Assembly: GCA_050575255.1 (NCBI GenBank)
Contig: JBNZDD010013650.1
Location: forward strand, 1,020,198 to 1,084,197
DNA from: Harriotta raleighana
Lineage: Eukaryota
Direction of reading: 5' to 3'
DNA: 64,000 bases
Under the pieces are notes generated by a model. That model was not told the DNA's origin, searched no databases, and saw only the letters and a list, made by a program, of their open reading frames with translations. The translations under genes were made by a program, and so were the position numbers. Of the stretch, positions 1-28,128 are shown in pieces. Each line of letters opens with the position of its first letter. The first letter of the stretch is position 1.

Positions 1-88
1 AGTGTAAGGGTCACCCCAACTACAGCACACACCGCAACTACAGCTCACCCCAGCTTTTACACACCCCCTGGGAACAGCTCACACTCAC

Positions 89-3000
89 CAGGGAAGAGCA
101 CACGGCTGACCATGCCGGGAAACACCATGATGAACAACGGCAGGACCTTCAGGTAAGCAGCAAACAGGGAGCCACCTTTAGCATGAAGCATTGATTTAGC
201 GGCAAGAGATCGTTGCACAATCACCTGTAACCAGACACACAGCGGTGATCAGACACTCCATCACTGCCCTCACACTCACCATCGCCGCTCATCACACTAC
301 ATGTGCCCACCACTGTAAGTGAAAATGTGAGTGGTTGCAAGTGTGAGATGGTGTAAGTATGAACCTGCGTGAGCGGGTAAGTTACTGGGGGAGTGTAAGC
401 CGGTGTCAGTGTATGCGAATGAGTGGGTGAGTGTTAGAATATGTGAGCGGAATGATGTGAGTGGTTTCTGTGAGTAGATGAGAGGGTGAGTGTAAGGGTA
501 AGTAACAGAGCGAGTGTGGCCAGGTGAGTGAGTTTTAGTGGGTGAGTGAGTTTTAGTGGGTGAGTGAGTGTGAGTGGTTGAGTGAGTGTGAGAGGGTGAG
601 TGAATGTGAGCGGGTGAGTAAGTAATGACTAGGTGAGTGAGTGTTAGTGGGTGATTGAGTGTGAGTGGGTGAGTGAGTGGGTGAGTGAGGGTGAGTACCT
701 GGTCTGTGCACCAGTACCAGAGGGAGGGTACTGCCATGCCCAGCACCACACCAGGCCACGGGAAGTCGGACGTCACCGGGTGCCGGAAAATGTGAAACGC
801 GTCATCTCGAGGAAGCCCACAGCTGGTGTTGGTGTCTCTGAGCCGCGGCACCGACTCCGGATACATCAGCCTGAGACCCTCCATCCCCCCCACTCTGCTA
901 AAGCCTGTAACGCAAACAGTCACTGTGATGGGGTGGGGGGGTGGGGGGGGAGTGGGTGAGGGAGGTAGTGAGTTTGGGGGTGGGTGGAGGTGGTTGTGCG
1001 GGATGCGGGTGGGGGGAGGGGTGGCGATTGTGTAGTGGGGGCTGGGCTGCGTTGGGGGAACGGGTGGGGTTAGGCGGAGGGTGGGGTTGCTCCGGTTGTG
1101 ATCTCAGGAATTGGGGGAGGAGAGGGAGGGAGTATTGTGACTTACAGAATCCTGTCAGTGTGAGAGCCCCAGCCAGCATGATGACTGTTTGCAGCGCATC
1201 TGTGTAAATCACAGCTGCCAGCCCTCCTACACACACACAGAGAGACATAGACACCCATCAACAACAACAATAACTCACATTGATGACGGATCCCTCACAC
1301 AGGGTAGCGCCCCAGAGCGCTTGTTTGGGGGAGCTGGGGGGTGAAACCACACCGCAAACATACAGTGCTGTGTCTGTGCATCTGTGCGTGAGCACAAGAG
1401 AGAACGAGTGTACGTGTGGTGAGTGTGAGTGAGTGAGTGTGCAATCCATCCCCCCATCCCTTGCGGGCTTACCCCCCACCGTGTAGAGAGCAGTGATGAG
1501 CAGCAGCCCGGCCACAGCGATGTACAGGTCCCAGTGCAGTGCCTGTTGGATAAAGATGGCTCCTGCGTATATGTCAACCTGTGTCATTAAAATAATAAAG
1601 GGATTCGATAGGGTAACTAAAGAGAAATGATTTCCTCTGGTGCGGAATTCCCAATAAGGTTGTATTATCTTTACATTACAACTAGACCATTTAGGAGTGA
1701 AATTAAGCGATGACTTTTCACGCAAATTTTAGTGTACAATTCAATGCCTTGGGACGTCCTCCCGACATGAAAGGCGCTCTCTAAATGTCATTTTGTTGTT
1801 GTTGCAGTGTGAATCTGGAATTCTCTTCCCCACATTGTTCAGACTGAGATATTTGTTCGGTCGGGGTGATACGGGGCAAGGGCGGGTGTTTGGACTTGAT
1901 GCACAGATCGGCCATGATCTTCTAGAATGGCAGAACAGGCTGAAGGGACTGAAGGGCCTACCCCTGCTCCTAGGTAACACAGTGGACAATCTGACCAGGC
2001 TGCACCAGGTGGATTTATACAGCAGCCACATACACACATGCATAAGTGTAAACAGCACTCATACACACAAGATTCATGTACATTTAGTTCTCAGTCTAGC
2101 TCAGTGTCTTGCACTCTTACCTTCATGTCACAGGCTGTGGGTATAGGTCTGTTATCACTAATGCCACTCCTTCTCCTTTTGCTATGTACCTGTCTTTTCT
2201 AAAGGTCTTATAGCCTGGAATCTTTAGCTCCCAGTCCTGCCCACCTAACCAGGACTCTGTAATGGCTGCTACATCACACCCTTAAGATGAATTTGTGCTT
2301 CTAACTCATTTGTTTAATTTCTTATGCTTTGAGCATTCATATACAGAGACACTTACTGTCCTCACCTGCACATAAAAACCTGACATGTGTTTTCCTTAAA
2401 CTATTTATATTTCCATTATCACTGTTTGTACTCTGACCTTTGCACCTATACTTTCCTATTATCTTTATTTTCTTGTTATTTGTACCACCTCAACCTAGCA
2501 CTTTTACTGGTTTAAAGCACTTTCTACGGTCCTGTTTATCCATTGTGTGAGGACTTTGGTCCCAGCCTGATTTACGTGAAGCCCATCCTATCAGTGCAGC
2601 TCCTTCATGTCCCGATTTTGGTACCATTAAATTAAACCCTTTTCCCCACGACCCTTTCTCTTTCAGCCGCTCAGTTACTGATCTGATCTGTTTGTCCCTG
2701 TCCACATTTACACGTGGTTCAAGTAATAATCTGGAGACTCTCCTTGATGGTCTGTGTTATTAGTTTAGCTCCAAACTCCTCATTCTGGACTTGCGTTCTT
2801 GGCCAGGGGAATGCATGGAGGAGAGGGGGGGATCCTGAGGGGGAGGAAGGGGTATGGGGAGGTGTGGGGGCACTCACTGAGATTTTGGTGAAAATATAAA
2901 TGATCAAATAAATGACAGCGATGAAGAGACGGATCCTCGGGCTCCGGTATCTGCGTTCCAGGTACTCAGGCATTGTGGTCACCTGTGGGCAAGGGAGACA

Positions 3001-4339
3001 TCACTGCCCGCACCCAAAATCCCTCCCAAACACCCCCTCCCTCCACACAATCCAACCACCCTTCCCCCCACACACCCCAAACACCCCCCACCACACATCT
3101 ATACTTGCTCCGCACTCCCGATCACACACCCCACATGCTCAGCCTACATTGATAGTGCAAGAGGGAACCTTACCCCGGCTGTAATGTAGATCGGAAGGAA
3201 AAGCCATCCGAGGAGCAGCACTGAGAATATTCCCTGGGAAAGTGAGTGGTGTTAGTGTGAGCAACACAGTGACACATACACACACACAGCTACAGAGGCA
3301 CAGCTATACAGAGACATAGCTTCACAGCGACACAGACACCGCAACACAGGGAGCTGCTCAGGGATAGCTGTGGTTAGGTGGACTGAGTGTTACTTGTTAA
3401 TAGATGGAGACCATCTGTACCCATTGAGGCACCACAATATACCCCAAAGAGATAGGAGTTTCCGGCTCCCAGTTTCTGGACAATAATCCCCTGGATAATG
3501 TAATTTATTCACTTTTTAAGTTCTATGTATTTCCTATGAAATACTATAGTCACTTCACTGGGCAGTAAATATTGAAAACAACTTTTTAGTTCTGTGGTGA
3601 AAATTTTCTGATCCTCCCGAGGAGAAAGGCGCTCTATAAATGTAATTTTTGTTGCTTTTTGTTGTTGAAGGATGCAGTGATTTGGAACCGGTTGGTGACG
3701 GTTTAGCCAACACTCACGTTCAGTTCATAGGCAGCGACTGCGATTCCCGAGGCGGCTCCAGTCCCCGCCAGGCCCACAAAGTGACCACTTCCCACATTAC
3801 TGGCAAAGAGAGATGCTCCCACCTACAGGGGAAGAGGGGTGGTGGCGGGGTGGGGAGAAAGGGCAGTCAGACTGGCTGTGATTCCATCACCAACAGTGCC
3901 AAGTGAGCAAGACGCAACAAACAATACTCACCGGCCACCACAGCATGGTTTTACCGGCTAGGAAATAGCCCTCCACTGTGCTCCGCTTCGTCCGGTACAT
4001 AGACTATGAGAAACAGAACATTAGAACGGCATTCCCTCCCAATGAGAGGAGGCTGGTGTGAGCAAGTGTGAGGGTGTGTGAGAGCCGGCGTGAGAGGGAA
4101 TGAGCGAGTGTGTCAGAGGGAGAGTGAGTGAGTGAGAAAATGCGTGGGTGTGAGTATGAGTGCACGAGTGAGAGAGTGAGAATGATCTCTGTAGCGGGAA
4201 TACTTACCCAGAGTCCCATCGCCAAAACAAATACAAAATACAAGACAAGCACCACAATATCCACCACAGTGAGGGAGCTGGAGGGGGACACACTGCCAGG
4301 GGGGAGCTCTGTGGAGGGTGAAGTGCTGTTCGTGGCCAT
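89..4339 (-). CDS. SLC5A11: Sodium/myo-inositol cotransporter 2 (SSF family), first 9 coding exons; continues beyond window start
   Basis: GT-AG exons 4208-4339, 3932-4003, 3718-3822, 3174-3233, 2878-2982, 1473-1578, 1146-1226, 699-904, 89-224 splice in frame: [66 protein letters not shown]../VTTMPEYL../[14 protein letters not shown]../..[41 protein letters not shown]. Closest to my recollection of human SLC5A11. Confidence 0.88.
300..695. repeat. Low-complexity (GTGA)n-like intronic repeat
   Basis: Degenerate gtgagtgggtgagt units. Similar CA/TG-rich tracts occur in many introns (e.g. 4060-4180, 19290-19460). Confidence 0.75.
2130..2760 (-). mobile_element. Degenerate CR1-like LINE fragment
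   Basis: Resembles CR1 ORF1/ORF2-junction sequence of cartilaginous fish; no intact ORF. Confidence 0.4.
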
Positions 4340-4706
4340 GGCAATTTCCTGGGACTCGGACTCAAAGCCAATGGAATTATTCTGTGACACAGTAAGACAG
4401 CAGTTATCGCAATCGGCTAACAATAAAGTTGCAACAACAATAATTCCTGCACTTGGTGCAGCGACTTATGTTATCATCTCAAAGTGTTTCACAGGATTCA
4501 CTGTAAAGTGTAGCGACTGTGAGTTTTGTAGACAAAAGCAGCAGATAATATATGCTGAGCGAGGTCCGACAAACAAGCCATGAAGTCAGGAAATTATTTC
4601 ACTTGAGGTTCTGGTTAGCCAGGTGCACAGTGATTCCCAAACCCGTCAGATTGCACTGATGACATGATCTGGTCTTTAGCTAGGAAATGGAGGGGAAGCT
4701 TCTTAC

Positions 4707-4860
4707 CTGAGCTCTGGGTGTGTGCGAGCCGTAGCTTCTGGGAACTGGAGAGCAGCCAGGGAACGTCTGGAACAGTTTCAGAGACAGCTTCAAGAGTCTC
4801 TGGCAGATAAATACTCTGCAGTTCACAAGGGCAAACTCCAACCCTGGCTGTTATTAATTG
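4707..4860 (-). promoter_or_regulatory. Putative non-coding first exon and core promoter of SLC5A11
   Basis: Strong donor CAG|GTAAGA at ~4706 and a TATA-like TATTTAT (- strand) at ~4806-4812, about 400 nt upstream of the ATG. Confidence 0.35.
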
Positions 4861-4869
4861 AAGGAACTA

Positions 4870-5170
4870 CAGATGGGATTAAAGTTTAAAACCAATATTA
4901 TCTGTTGTAAAGGTACCCATAGCACAGACGCATTCAAATGCTTTAGAAGTCAAATTGCGGGCAGGCACAAGACAACCTTTTCACCCTTTCCTCATGGTCA
5001 CCACAGCCCAAGGAGGGTGGGTTATGATGTGAAAGGAGGGTGGGTTGGGATTGGGATAAGAGAATGGAATAGGATTGGGTAGAAAGATGGGGTTTGGATA
5101 GTTCTTTTCAAAAAGATTGCACAGACACATTGGGCTGAATGGCCTCCTTCTGTGCTGTATGATTCTATAA
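4870..5170 (+). mobile_element. CR1 LINE 3' end
   Basis: Ends in gggctgaatggcctccttctgtgctgtatgattctat, the CR1 3' tail also seen at ~52290-52320 and ~54500-54540. Confidence 0.7.
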
Positions 5171-6699
5171 TTTCTGTTAATGCCTCTCACTCAGGGAGAG
5201 CAGATGTTTACTCCCTTGACATCTGGCTGCACAGCTCTGTCTCCACCTTGCTCTCAGCTTTATCACTGCTTTGCAATAGCACTAAACCTGTGTCTCCCAC
5301 ACTCGCTCCATTCATCTTAAAACGTATCTGAACTTCTCTAACCATGAAGCCAGTGATCTCCTCACCTCGGCTTCCTCCTGCTTGTCTTGGCCTCACTTTG
5401 AACTGTCCACACCCAACACTGAGCTTGAATCAGCCAAACATTATGGCCTGGGTCACTCGCTGTGAACTGGATTGCGATCAGGATGCTGTTTATTAAAGGA
5501 TGCTGTTTATCAGCCATACTCACCTGGGGTTTGACATATGGAAACAAAATACACATTTTTATGGTGAGTCCTATCACATCAAAACATATCAAAGTGCTTC
5601 AGAGATAATTGATGTCAAGTGTAGTGCCTTTTTCAAGGGCGACATATGAGGCTTGAGTGATGGTTACACCAGTGACTGACTGGAGGATTAGGAGATTGAT
5701 CACATTGCAAAAGGGCAGTTTATAATGATTGCCCAACACTAGGTGATGCACTAACATGCAATCAAAGCTGTAATAATGGGAATAAAACAAATTAACAATA
5801 AACAAAGAGATAATGTGGCTTTGACGTTCCTGTCAGGAGCCAGTGAAGTGTCAGCCCAGGCAGAGCCAGTGAGAGCCAGGCCTGAGGCTGAGTGATCCCG
5901 TGAGCTTCGGCTTTGGCAGGCAGCATGGATTGTGTGTTATTTGGGGGTAAATCAGACCATCACCGTCCATAGACCTATGGTGATTGTGTGAATGTCGGGG
6001 AGGATATGCCCACAGTGAAGCAACACTCAAGTGGAACAACAACTTCGATTTATATATTGCCCTCCACACCAGACAGCACCTCAGCGCTTCAAACAGCAGG
6101 ACAGGAGAGTATAGAGGGAGGGTCACTCTCTGACCAGTAGTGTGAATGGCCAGTGTAGAGCGAGTGCTACCCATATATTCAGTCTCCAACAATCGTTTCA
6201 TTCTGATGATCCACTAATTTCACAGACGCATAATTTGAAATTCAGATGAGAAGCGTTTATTGCCAGCTTGTTACAGTGATGGTGTAAACAATACAAACTG
6301 CACAGACTGTGGCCCTGGAGAAGCAGCAGAAATCCAGGCTCCTGGTGCGGCACGTTCAGAGAGAAAGGAAATGATGGGTTATTGTTCGATGCTCTGATAT
6401 CCAACTGGACAGGTCGGGAGCGGATGTCACAGGACAGGATTGAAAGCTACTCAGGGTGATGGCAGCAGCGCATGCTCTATACACTTCCCTGCTTTCAAAC
6501 AGGCCCTCAAAACGTCTCCCAGGAATATGGTCCTCAAGAACAACCATGGCCCTGGGCAGACAGACCAGACCACTTGCCAGGCCAGTACTCTGGGGACACA
6601 GACAATCAGGGATCCCTTTACATTTATTATGGTCCAGTCAACACATCATAAACCTGCTTCCCTTTCTCAACTGCTGCTCCTGAGAGATTGTAATGTGTA

Positions 6700-6980
6700 A
6701 CAATAATAGTTCTTGCATATAATACAGCGCCTTATCACGACTTCGAGACATCTCAAAGTGCTTCACAGAATATACCGTAAACTGAATTGACTGTACATTA
6801 GCCCCAGAAAGCAATCCGCCAATCATCTAATAACTGAGTTCCTATTTACTGCTGGGTAAACAGAGGTGTTTGTGTGTGGAGTGAGGAAGCATGGCTGAGG
6901 TTTCACCCTGCCCAGAAATTGAACACAGGTCCTCTAGCTTGCGACGCGAGTGCTCTAACCCATAAGCTACATGACTCGCT
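6700..6980 (-). mobile_element. tRNA-derived SINE
   Basis: Reverse strand shows a tRNA-like head (gtagcttatgggttagagcac..gttcaatt) plus the family tail (cagtcaattcagtttac..gaagcactttgagatgtc..aaggcgctgtat). Confidence 0.7.
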
Positions 6981-7318
6981 GTAGCATATTGGTTACAGCC
7001 CTAACTAAAATAGAGTTTCCTGTGCATGTGTGTGTTTGTGTGTGTGAGAGGGGCTACGGGAGGGGAGGGGTAACCCAGATCAGGGTATTGAGTATCTGGG
7101 GCCAAATTGTGCCCTGGCTTGAGGTCAGCAACAAATAGTGCTAGAATAACATTCTAAAACAGAGACACTCATCAGTGAAACACAGCCATTAATCCAACAC
7201 ATTTTCCCAGAATCTGCCAGCATCAGCAATTGTTCAATGCTTTGTATATGTGCCCCAGGATTTAGTTACAGACTGTGGTCATCCTGTAGGGTTTCCACCT
7301 CCCAGACATACAAAAGGC

Positions 7319-7510
7319 CACTGGCGCCCAGGCGGGCCCCTAAGCCGCCATCTTGGTAAAACTATCGTCCACAATGGTCGTGAAGGGAGAGGGCGGCCAT
7401 CTTGGTAAAGGCAGAGCAAGCAATGCATGGGGGGAGTGGGATACAGAGGGACACGCGTATGATAACGGTAAAAAAGCAGCAACCGGCAAGGTGTACAAAC
7501 ACCGGAAAAT
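7319..7510. repeat. YY1-motif array element, copy 1 (homologous to 49523-49805)
   Basis: Two GCCATCTTGGTAAA units 49 nt apart; flanks cactggcgccca, aaccggcaagg and acaccgg are shared with the copy at 49.5 kb. Confidence 0.7.
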
Positions 7511-7780
7511 TTGTTTAAAAAATGGTGGCAAACCAGGTGGGATGGGAGGGGCATATAACAGGCTGCCAGAAGCTTTTTGTGAGTGAGTGGGGGATGGGGG
7601 GGGAGGTGAGGGGGTGAGGGGAGAGGAGGACGGAGAGGGAGTAAGAGTGGTGAGGAGGGTGGGAGAACATAGGTGTGTATTTGACACAAGGAGAGGAACT
7701 CGCGTGTGAGTTGGTTTCAGGGCAGAGTTGCCGTGTCACTCACGGTGCCGGTGGCTGCAGTGCCAGGTCCTCACTTGGCA

Positions 7781-22652
<14,872 letters not shown>

Positions 22653-25600
22653 GGCTACTCACTGCCCTTATAACCGACAGCACCAACACCAGCGATCCTC
22701 CACACAGCGCTACAATGTGCTCAGACAGTGCAGAGAGTGACTTTGCCAACTGCGCTACACTCAGATAGTCAGCAGTGTGAGAGCTATTCTGGGCTCTCCC
22801 TCTACCCCCCCTGGTGAGAAAGAGCCTCACACATCAGTGAATCTGTCCCTTCTAACTCCGCATGTAGAATGGGGACACTTTATGCTTCGATTTTCTTCTC
22901 AACCGCAGGAAGAAACAGGGTAAAACTCGCACCAACACGGATACACACACACTCACGGCTCAGACACCAATCAGCAGCCGATTAATTACGGGTTTAAGAG
23001 AAGCATCTGGGGATGGTAAAGCTCTGAATGCAGTGACAGCTGGGAGCTGCTAACTCGGATTAAACAGTGTGGCTGAGGGAGAAATAGGGCAATGACCCCC
23101 ATCCTCACAATCCCACCACAATTTGCCAATATCTGTGCAATGAGCCACACTCAAATGCTCTGCCACCAGTTCCACCACATTCACCAGATTATTATCTGAG
23201 TCTAAAGCTTCATCTCTCAGAGTCATTGCCCTGGAGGGTGAGGGGAAACATCTCTTACAGCATTGAAGGCATTGACTTCACAGTTGGATGTTTGAGGGTC
23301 GTGGGAACGGACAAAACCAGCCTATGGGACCACAACCATCTTTTATAAGTCTCACCTGTGGAACTTTGTCAAACGTCTTCTGAAAGTCCAAGTGATTTAC
23401 AGCCACTAGATATCCTATTTACTTTCTGAAGGAATTCCAGGAACTTCATTAGATGTGATTGATACACTCCAATATCAGCAGTGGCCTCTCCTGATGGTGG
23501 CCAGTGGGGGCATCTTTGCGATGCTTGTAGGGAGGTCCTGACACTGAGAGGATTAAGTGGAAGAAAAGAATATATAAACCGGCCGACCTTCGTAGACACA
23601 GAGTTACAGTAAATTCTCAACTGTAGACTGCTTACCACATAATCTTCTATTTTATATATTTAAGTGCACCGAGATATTGCCAATATGAAGGGCGCTATAT
23701 GAATCCAGGCTTTGTGTTGTATTGCCTTAGCAGGTTAATGGCACTAACAATTAATTACCAGCCTAAATGTGCCACCATTTTACTGCGCAATACATGTTTA
23801 CACTTGGAGAGGGCGGATCAAAGTGTTCAGTGAGGAGCACAGAAAACGATTGATCGATCAGTTGTGTTTCCTACATTGACCCCCAATTCCTACAAATAGT
23901 GTCAATGGATCCAATCCAAGCCATCACCCAGTTAGTGAGACCATCACCTGTTAAGAGAGACCAGCTGATGCTCTAGCTTGCTTTGTTATGATTTTGACCC
24001 AGTTTCAGTGAATTTGAAGTTCCCGCAGGGAATATTTTGTGTTGAAATTACAGAGATGAATTAACCCAGAGCAGCAGCATGAGAGGAAACAGAACGATTT
24101 CTGGGTCAAGGAAACTGCACAGAATTAACAATATGAACATTAAACGGAAAAGTGAATCACTTGAGCTCAGGGTGAGAATAACTTACTGAAATTTAACTAG
24201 TGTAACATTGGCTAAACCAGTCTAATCCAAATACTTTGAGGATCTGAATATCAGAGAAGAGTCTGAGAGAAGCCAGGATACAACCCAAGGCCTGCCTGAG
24301 GATGACTCTGCCCCAATTCCTGGACCCGGCCTAGATACTGAGATTATGTAAAGAACATGGGCCTATTCTGGGCTGTTGCCTGGCCTCTGCCTTCCCTGTG
24401 GAGCACAGGGCCTTGCTCACTAATGAGGCCGCCTCGCTGACCTGCTTTTCTCCCTTACATGGCAAGTTTACATCAGGAATTCTTGCAACTAGAACACAGC
24501 TGTTTCATATCAGAGAGAAAGTTAACTCTTACGAAGTTTATCTCAGTGATGACGCTCTCTACATGGAACCCTCCAGTCCTGCAATCATTGGTGTAGAGGC
24601 CTCAGTCTGGCTCAGTTTGGAACTCTCTCGCCTCTGGGTTAGACGGTCTACACTAGGGGTGTTGTAGGGCAGGGTGGGGTGGAAAGCATTGTCTATCAGA
24701 TGATGTGTTAAAACCGAGGTCCATCTCACAGTGCATTCAATCCCTGACTTATTGAACTCACCTCAAACCCTCCATCTTGCTCCCTCTTTATCATTAATTC
24801 CCAGACATATCTTTTTGACCATAAATATGGTCACCTCCCCTTCCTCCCTTGGTCAACCCCAGCAAGGCACAGCGCTCCAAATAGCTGCCCAGTGTGAAGG
24901 GCGCTATACAAAGTACAAATTATTGTTATACCGAGATCCCGTCTATGCCTGTTCAACTGGTTGTTAATCATTTCATGAGAATATCGGGAAACAGTAGGGA
25001 CTTTTTTTCCCGGTGTCCTGGCCAACAATCTAATCACATACTGCATTTTGCTGTATGCAAATTGGCCATTGTAATTTGTGAACAAATAGTCACTACACTT
25101 GACAGCAATTACTTCAGAAGTGCGCATGGCCTTTCAACATTATTGGTTTTGTTCACCTGCCAGAATTATTATTATTATATTATATCTCCCCCTTAATATA
25201 TCAAGCTATCTTGAATCTGCCCCCCCACCGTGACACACACAATAACCGGCTGCACCAGGACACATTCTTACCTGAGCGTCTGGTCCTGAATCAGCCAGAA
25301 ACGCACCTGCACATTACCCAGAAATCCATCTGCAAGTCTTTTGTGGATCAGTTACAGGCAGCGGCTGAATGACCAGCTCCTGTAACCAACACATGAAGTG
25401 ACGTACAGGCAATAGCCACCACACAGGACTGGCACAAAACAGGCAGTGTCAATGGCATGCGTGTGAGACAATGGCATGTGTGTGGTGAGGGGGTGGGGCG
25501 ATGGGAGTAGGAGGGAATGGTGAGTGGGAGGTAAATGAAAATGTGGTGGAAAGGGTAAATGGGGTGGGGATTAATGGGGAGTATGGGGTAATTTGGGTGT

Positions 25601-27060
25601 GAGCGACCTAAATTTAATAAGAATCCTTGCATTTGACATAGCACCTTCTCGCATCATTGAGACATCTCCAACCACTTCCAAGAATATACTATAAACTGAA
25701 TTGACTGCATAATTTGTGAGTGAAGCGCAACAGCCAATTGTGCACAGCTGTGTCCCACACAGTGGTGGATTAAGTGACTACATTATTATTTATTTATTTA
25801 TTGAAGGGATTATTACCCATAGAAAGCATTCCCTTTTAATCAACTAACAACTGGATTCCTACTTACTAATAGGCAAACAGAGGCGTGTGGAGTAAGGAAA
25901 CTTGTCTAATTTGTTCTGCACAGCAACTACTACATTACACAACTCAATTAAAAAGGATAATTGTTAATAAGTAAGGGATGTGGGGGAGTAATTAGGGATT
26001 GAGGTGTGGGGGTAATTGAGGAAGGATGGGAATATTTTGGGGTGAGGGAGGTTTGGTGTGTTATGGGTATTGGAGGAGTTTGGAGGGGGGCTGTATTTAG
26101 GGGGGCGGTGCGGGTTGGAGGATGGAGGTATTTGGGTATGAGGGGGGAATGTGTGCGGGGGGGATTTGGAATGTGAAGGAGGGTATTTGAGGGGGAGTAT
26201 ACAAGGGGATATATATATAATAATCCTTACATTTGATATAGAGCCTTATCACGCCTTCGAGACATCTCAAAGCATTTCACAGAACATACTGTAAAGTGAA
26301 AATGACTGTATATTTTGTGGGCAAATATGAAAAGCGGGGTATATGTGGGAAGGTTCGATGCTGGAACCTGTTCCTATGGTCTTGTAATGCCGCTTCTGGG
26401 GGCTTTTCCGGTTTATTGAGCTTGCGCTTTACTTGCCCCACCCCACCCCAACCCCCACCTTGCCCCTGCCTATAGTGTGTGGTGTGTGTGCGTGGAGGGG
26501 AAACAATACGTGTGCCTAGTTAGAAACATTCAGCCCTTGTCTCTGCTGCTGCTCCTCACTCGATTTGCTTTCTCATGTATCTCAATCTCTCTCGAACTTG
26601 CATTTGTAGAGTACCTACACCACTGACAGATCAACGATAGTCACTTACTGATGTTGAGCTTAATCGTNATCTCTCTCGAACTTGCATTTGTAGAGTACCT
26701 ACACCACTGACAGATCAACGATAGTCACTTCCCCNAGATCAACGATAGTCACTTACTGATGTTGAGCTTAATCGTCAGTTGAATAAATTGTGTAATGTCT
26801 GGTAATTCCAATTTTTTTTCCTTATCCCTACATTCCTCCTTTTAAACAAATGTTGATTCTGCCTCTGCCGTCTTCTGGGAGAGGCACAGCACCTGGTCAT
26901 ACTGTGTGAGAATCTCACAGCTCTCACTCTGTCTCACTGTGTGTGTGTGTGTGAGGATGTCTCACTTTGTGAGGATCCCTCCCTCCGCAGCTGTTCCTGA
27001 CTTTTCCACGGAGCATTTTCCTGTTGGGCTTCGTGCTGACAACCAACACCAGCTGCTGAC

Positions 27061-27079
27061 CAGCCACCTAGTGGTGCCG
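27061..27079 (-). promoter_or_regulatory. CTCF-like motif between GRID2IP and E4F1
   Basis: The minus strand reads ggcaCCACTAGGTGGCtg, close to the CTCF core consensus. Confidence 0.45.
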
Positions 27080-27379
27080 GAGCAGCCGGTCGGCAGTTAA
27101 ACTGAGAAATGTCTATGATAAAGGCCTCTTAGCATATACGAGGGAAGGTCTGACACTCGCTTCCTGCCCACGGGATTTGCTGATCTGGCTCTGCTCAGGA
27201 ACAGCTCCACCAGAAACTATGATTCAAATCCAGCTCGCAGGGGAGAGGCCAGAACACAAGTTAAAACTAGAGGTGAACCAGTAACAACCAACACATTTAT
27301 ATAGTGGCCTCCATGTGGGATATGATCCCAATGTGAAAGGCACCGTACAAATATCATTTTGTTGTTGAACTCTACAGCC

Positions 27380-27750
27380 CATGTCCTCTCCCGCACCAAG
27401 CTCTGCAACCCGACCCACCCTCATTCTTGTCCCACTGTTTGCTTCCCATCATTCAGGGGATTCAAGATCCTGGTCCTCGCCTTTAAAGCCCTCCATGGAC
27501 TTGCCTACCCTACCTCTGCAACCTCCTAACCCTCTACCAACCCGCCTGCCCCTCTCCGCTCAGCAGGCTCCAGCCTGCTCCACGTCCCCCAACCCACCAT
27601 CAGCGGGCGAGCCTTCAGCCACTCTGCTCCAAACCTTTGGTATTTCATCTCGCAATCCCTATGGCTCGCCCCCTCCCCGACGTCCTTCAAGTCCTGACTC
27701 AAGACCCTCCTCTTCGACGGTGCAATCAGTGAAATTTTGTTGTTGTTAAA
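27380..27750 (+). mobile_element. L2 LINE 3' fragment
   Basis: ttcaagatcctggtcctcgcctttaaagccctccatggac..ctcaagaccctcctcttcgac, typical L2 ORF2 C-terminal sequence. Confidence 0.7.
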
Positions 27751-27752
27751 TA

Positions 27753-28128
27753 CATTAAAACCTTGTTTATCCGGGGGGGGGGGGTCGACTAATTGACGGT
27801 GCCGGATAAACGAGGGAGAAGTCGCCGAAAACCCAACATAAAAATTTAACTCATTTTACAACATACCATGTTAATACTGTAATACACTACATAGTAACAG
27901 AATATTGTATGGATACTTACCAACAAAGCATTCTAGCAGTCAGGAAAAAATCGGCAACGCTGTATTTTTTACCGATCGGTAAAAAACCTAACTGCGCAAG
28001 TTTATTAAGTGCGCATGCGTATGCATTGTTCGCTTGCGCAAAGTGAACAAACTCGCGATTCTGGAATGGGGAATTGTCCCGGGAGGTCGAGCAATTGAAT
28101 TGGGTCATGGATAAACAAGGTTTTACTG
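27753..28128. mobile_element. Tc1/mariner (Tigger-like) MITE
   Basis: TIRs ca(t)taaaaccttgtttatcc ... ggataaacaaggttttactg flanked by TA dinucleotides. Confidence 0.75.

Noticed and set aside
24050-24350. Short exon-like + strand frames (DELTQSSSMRG.., KYFEDLNIREES..)
   Set aside because: Could not be joined in frame and resemble nothing I recognise, including DNASE1L2, which might be expected here.
26884-26905. Possible REST/RE1 site upstream of neuronal GRID2IP
   Set aside because: Only the CAGCACC half matches; the right half is poor.
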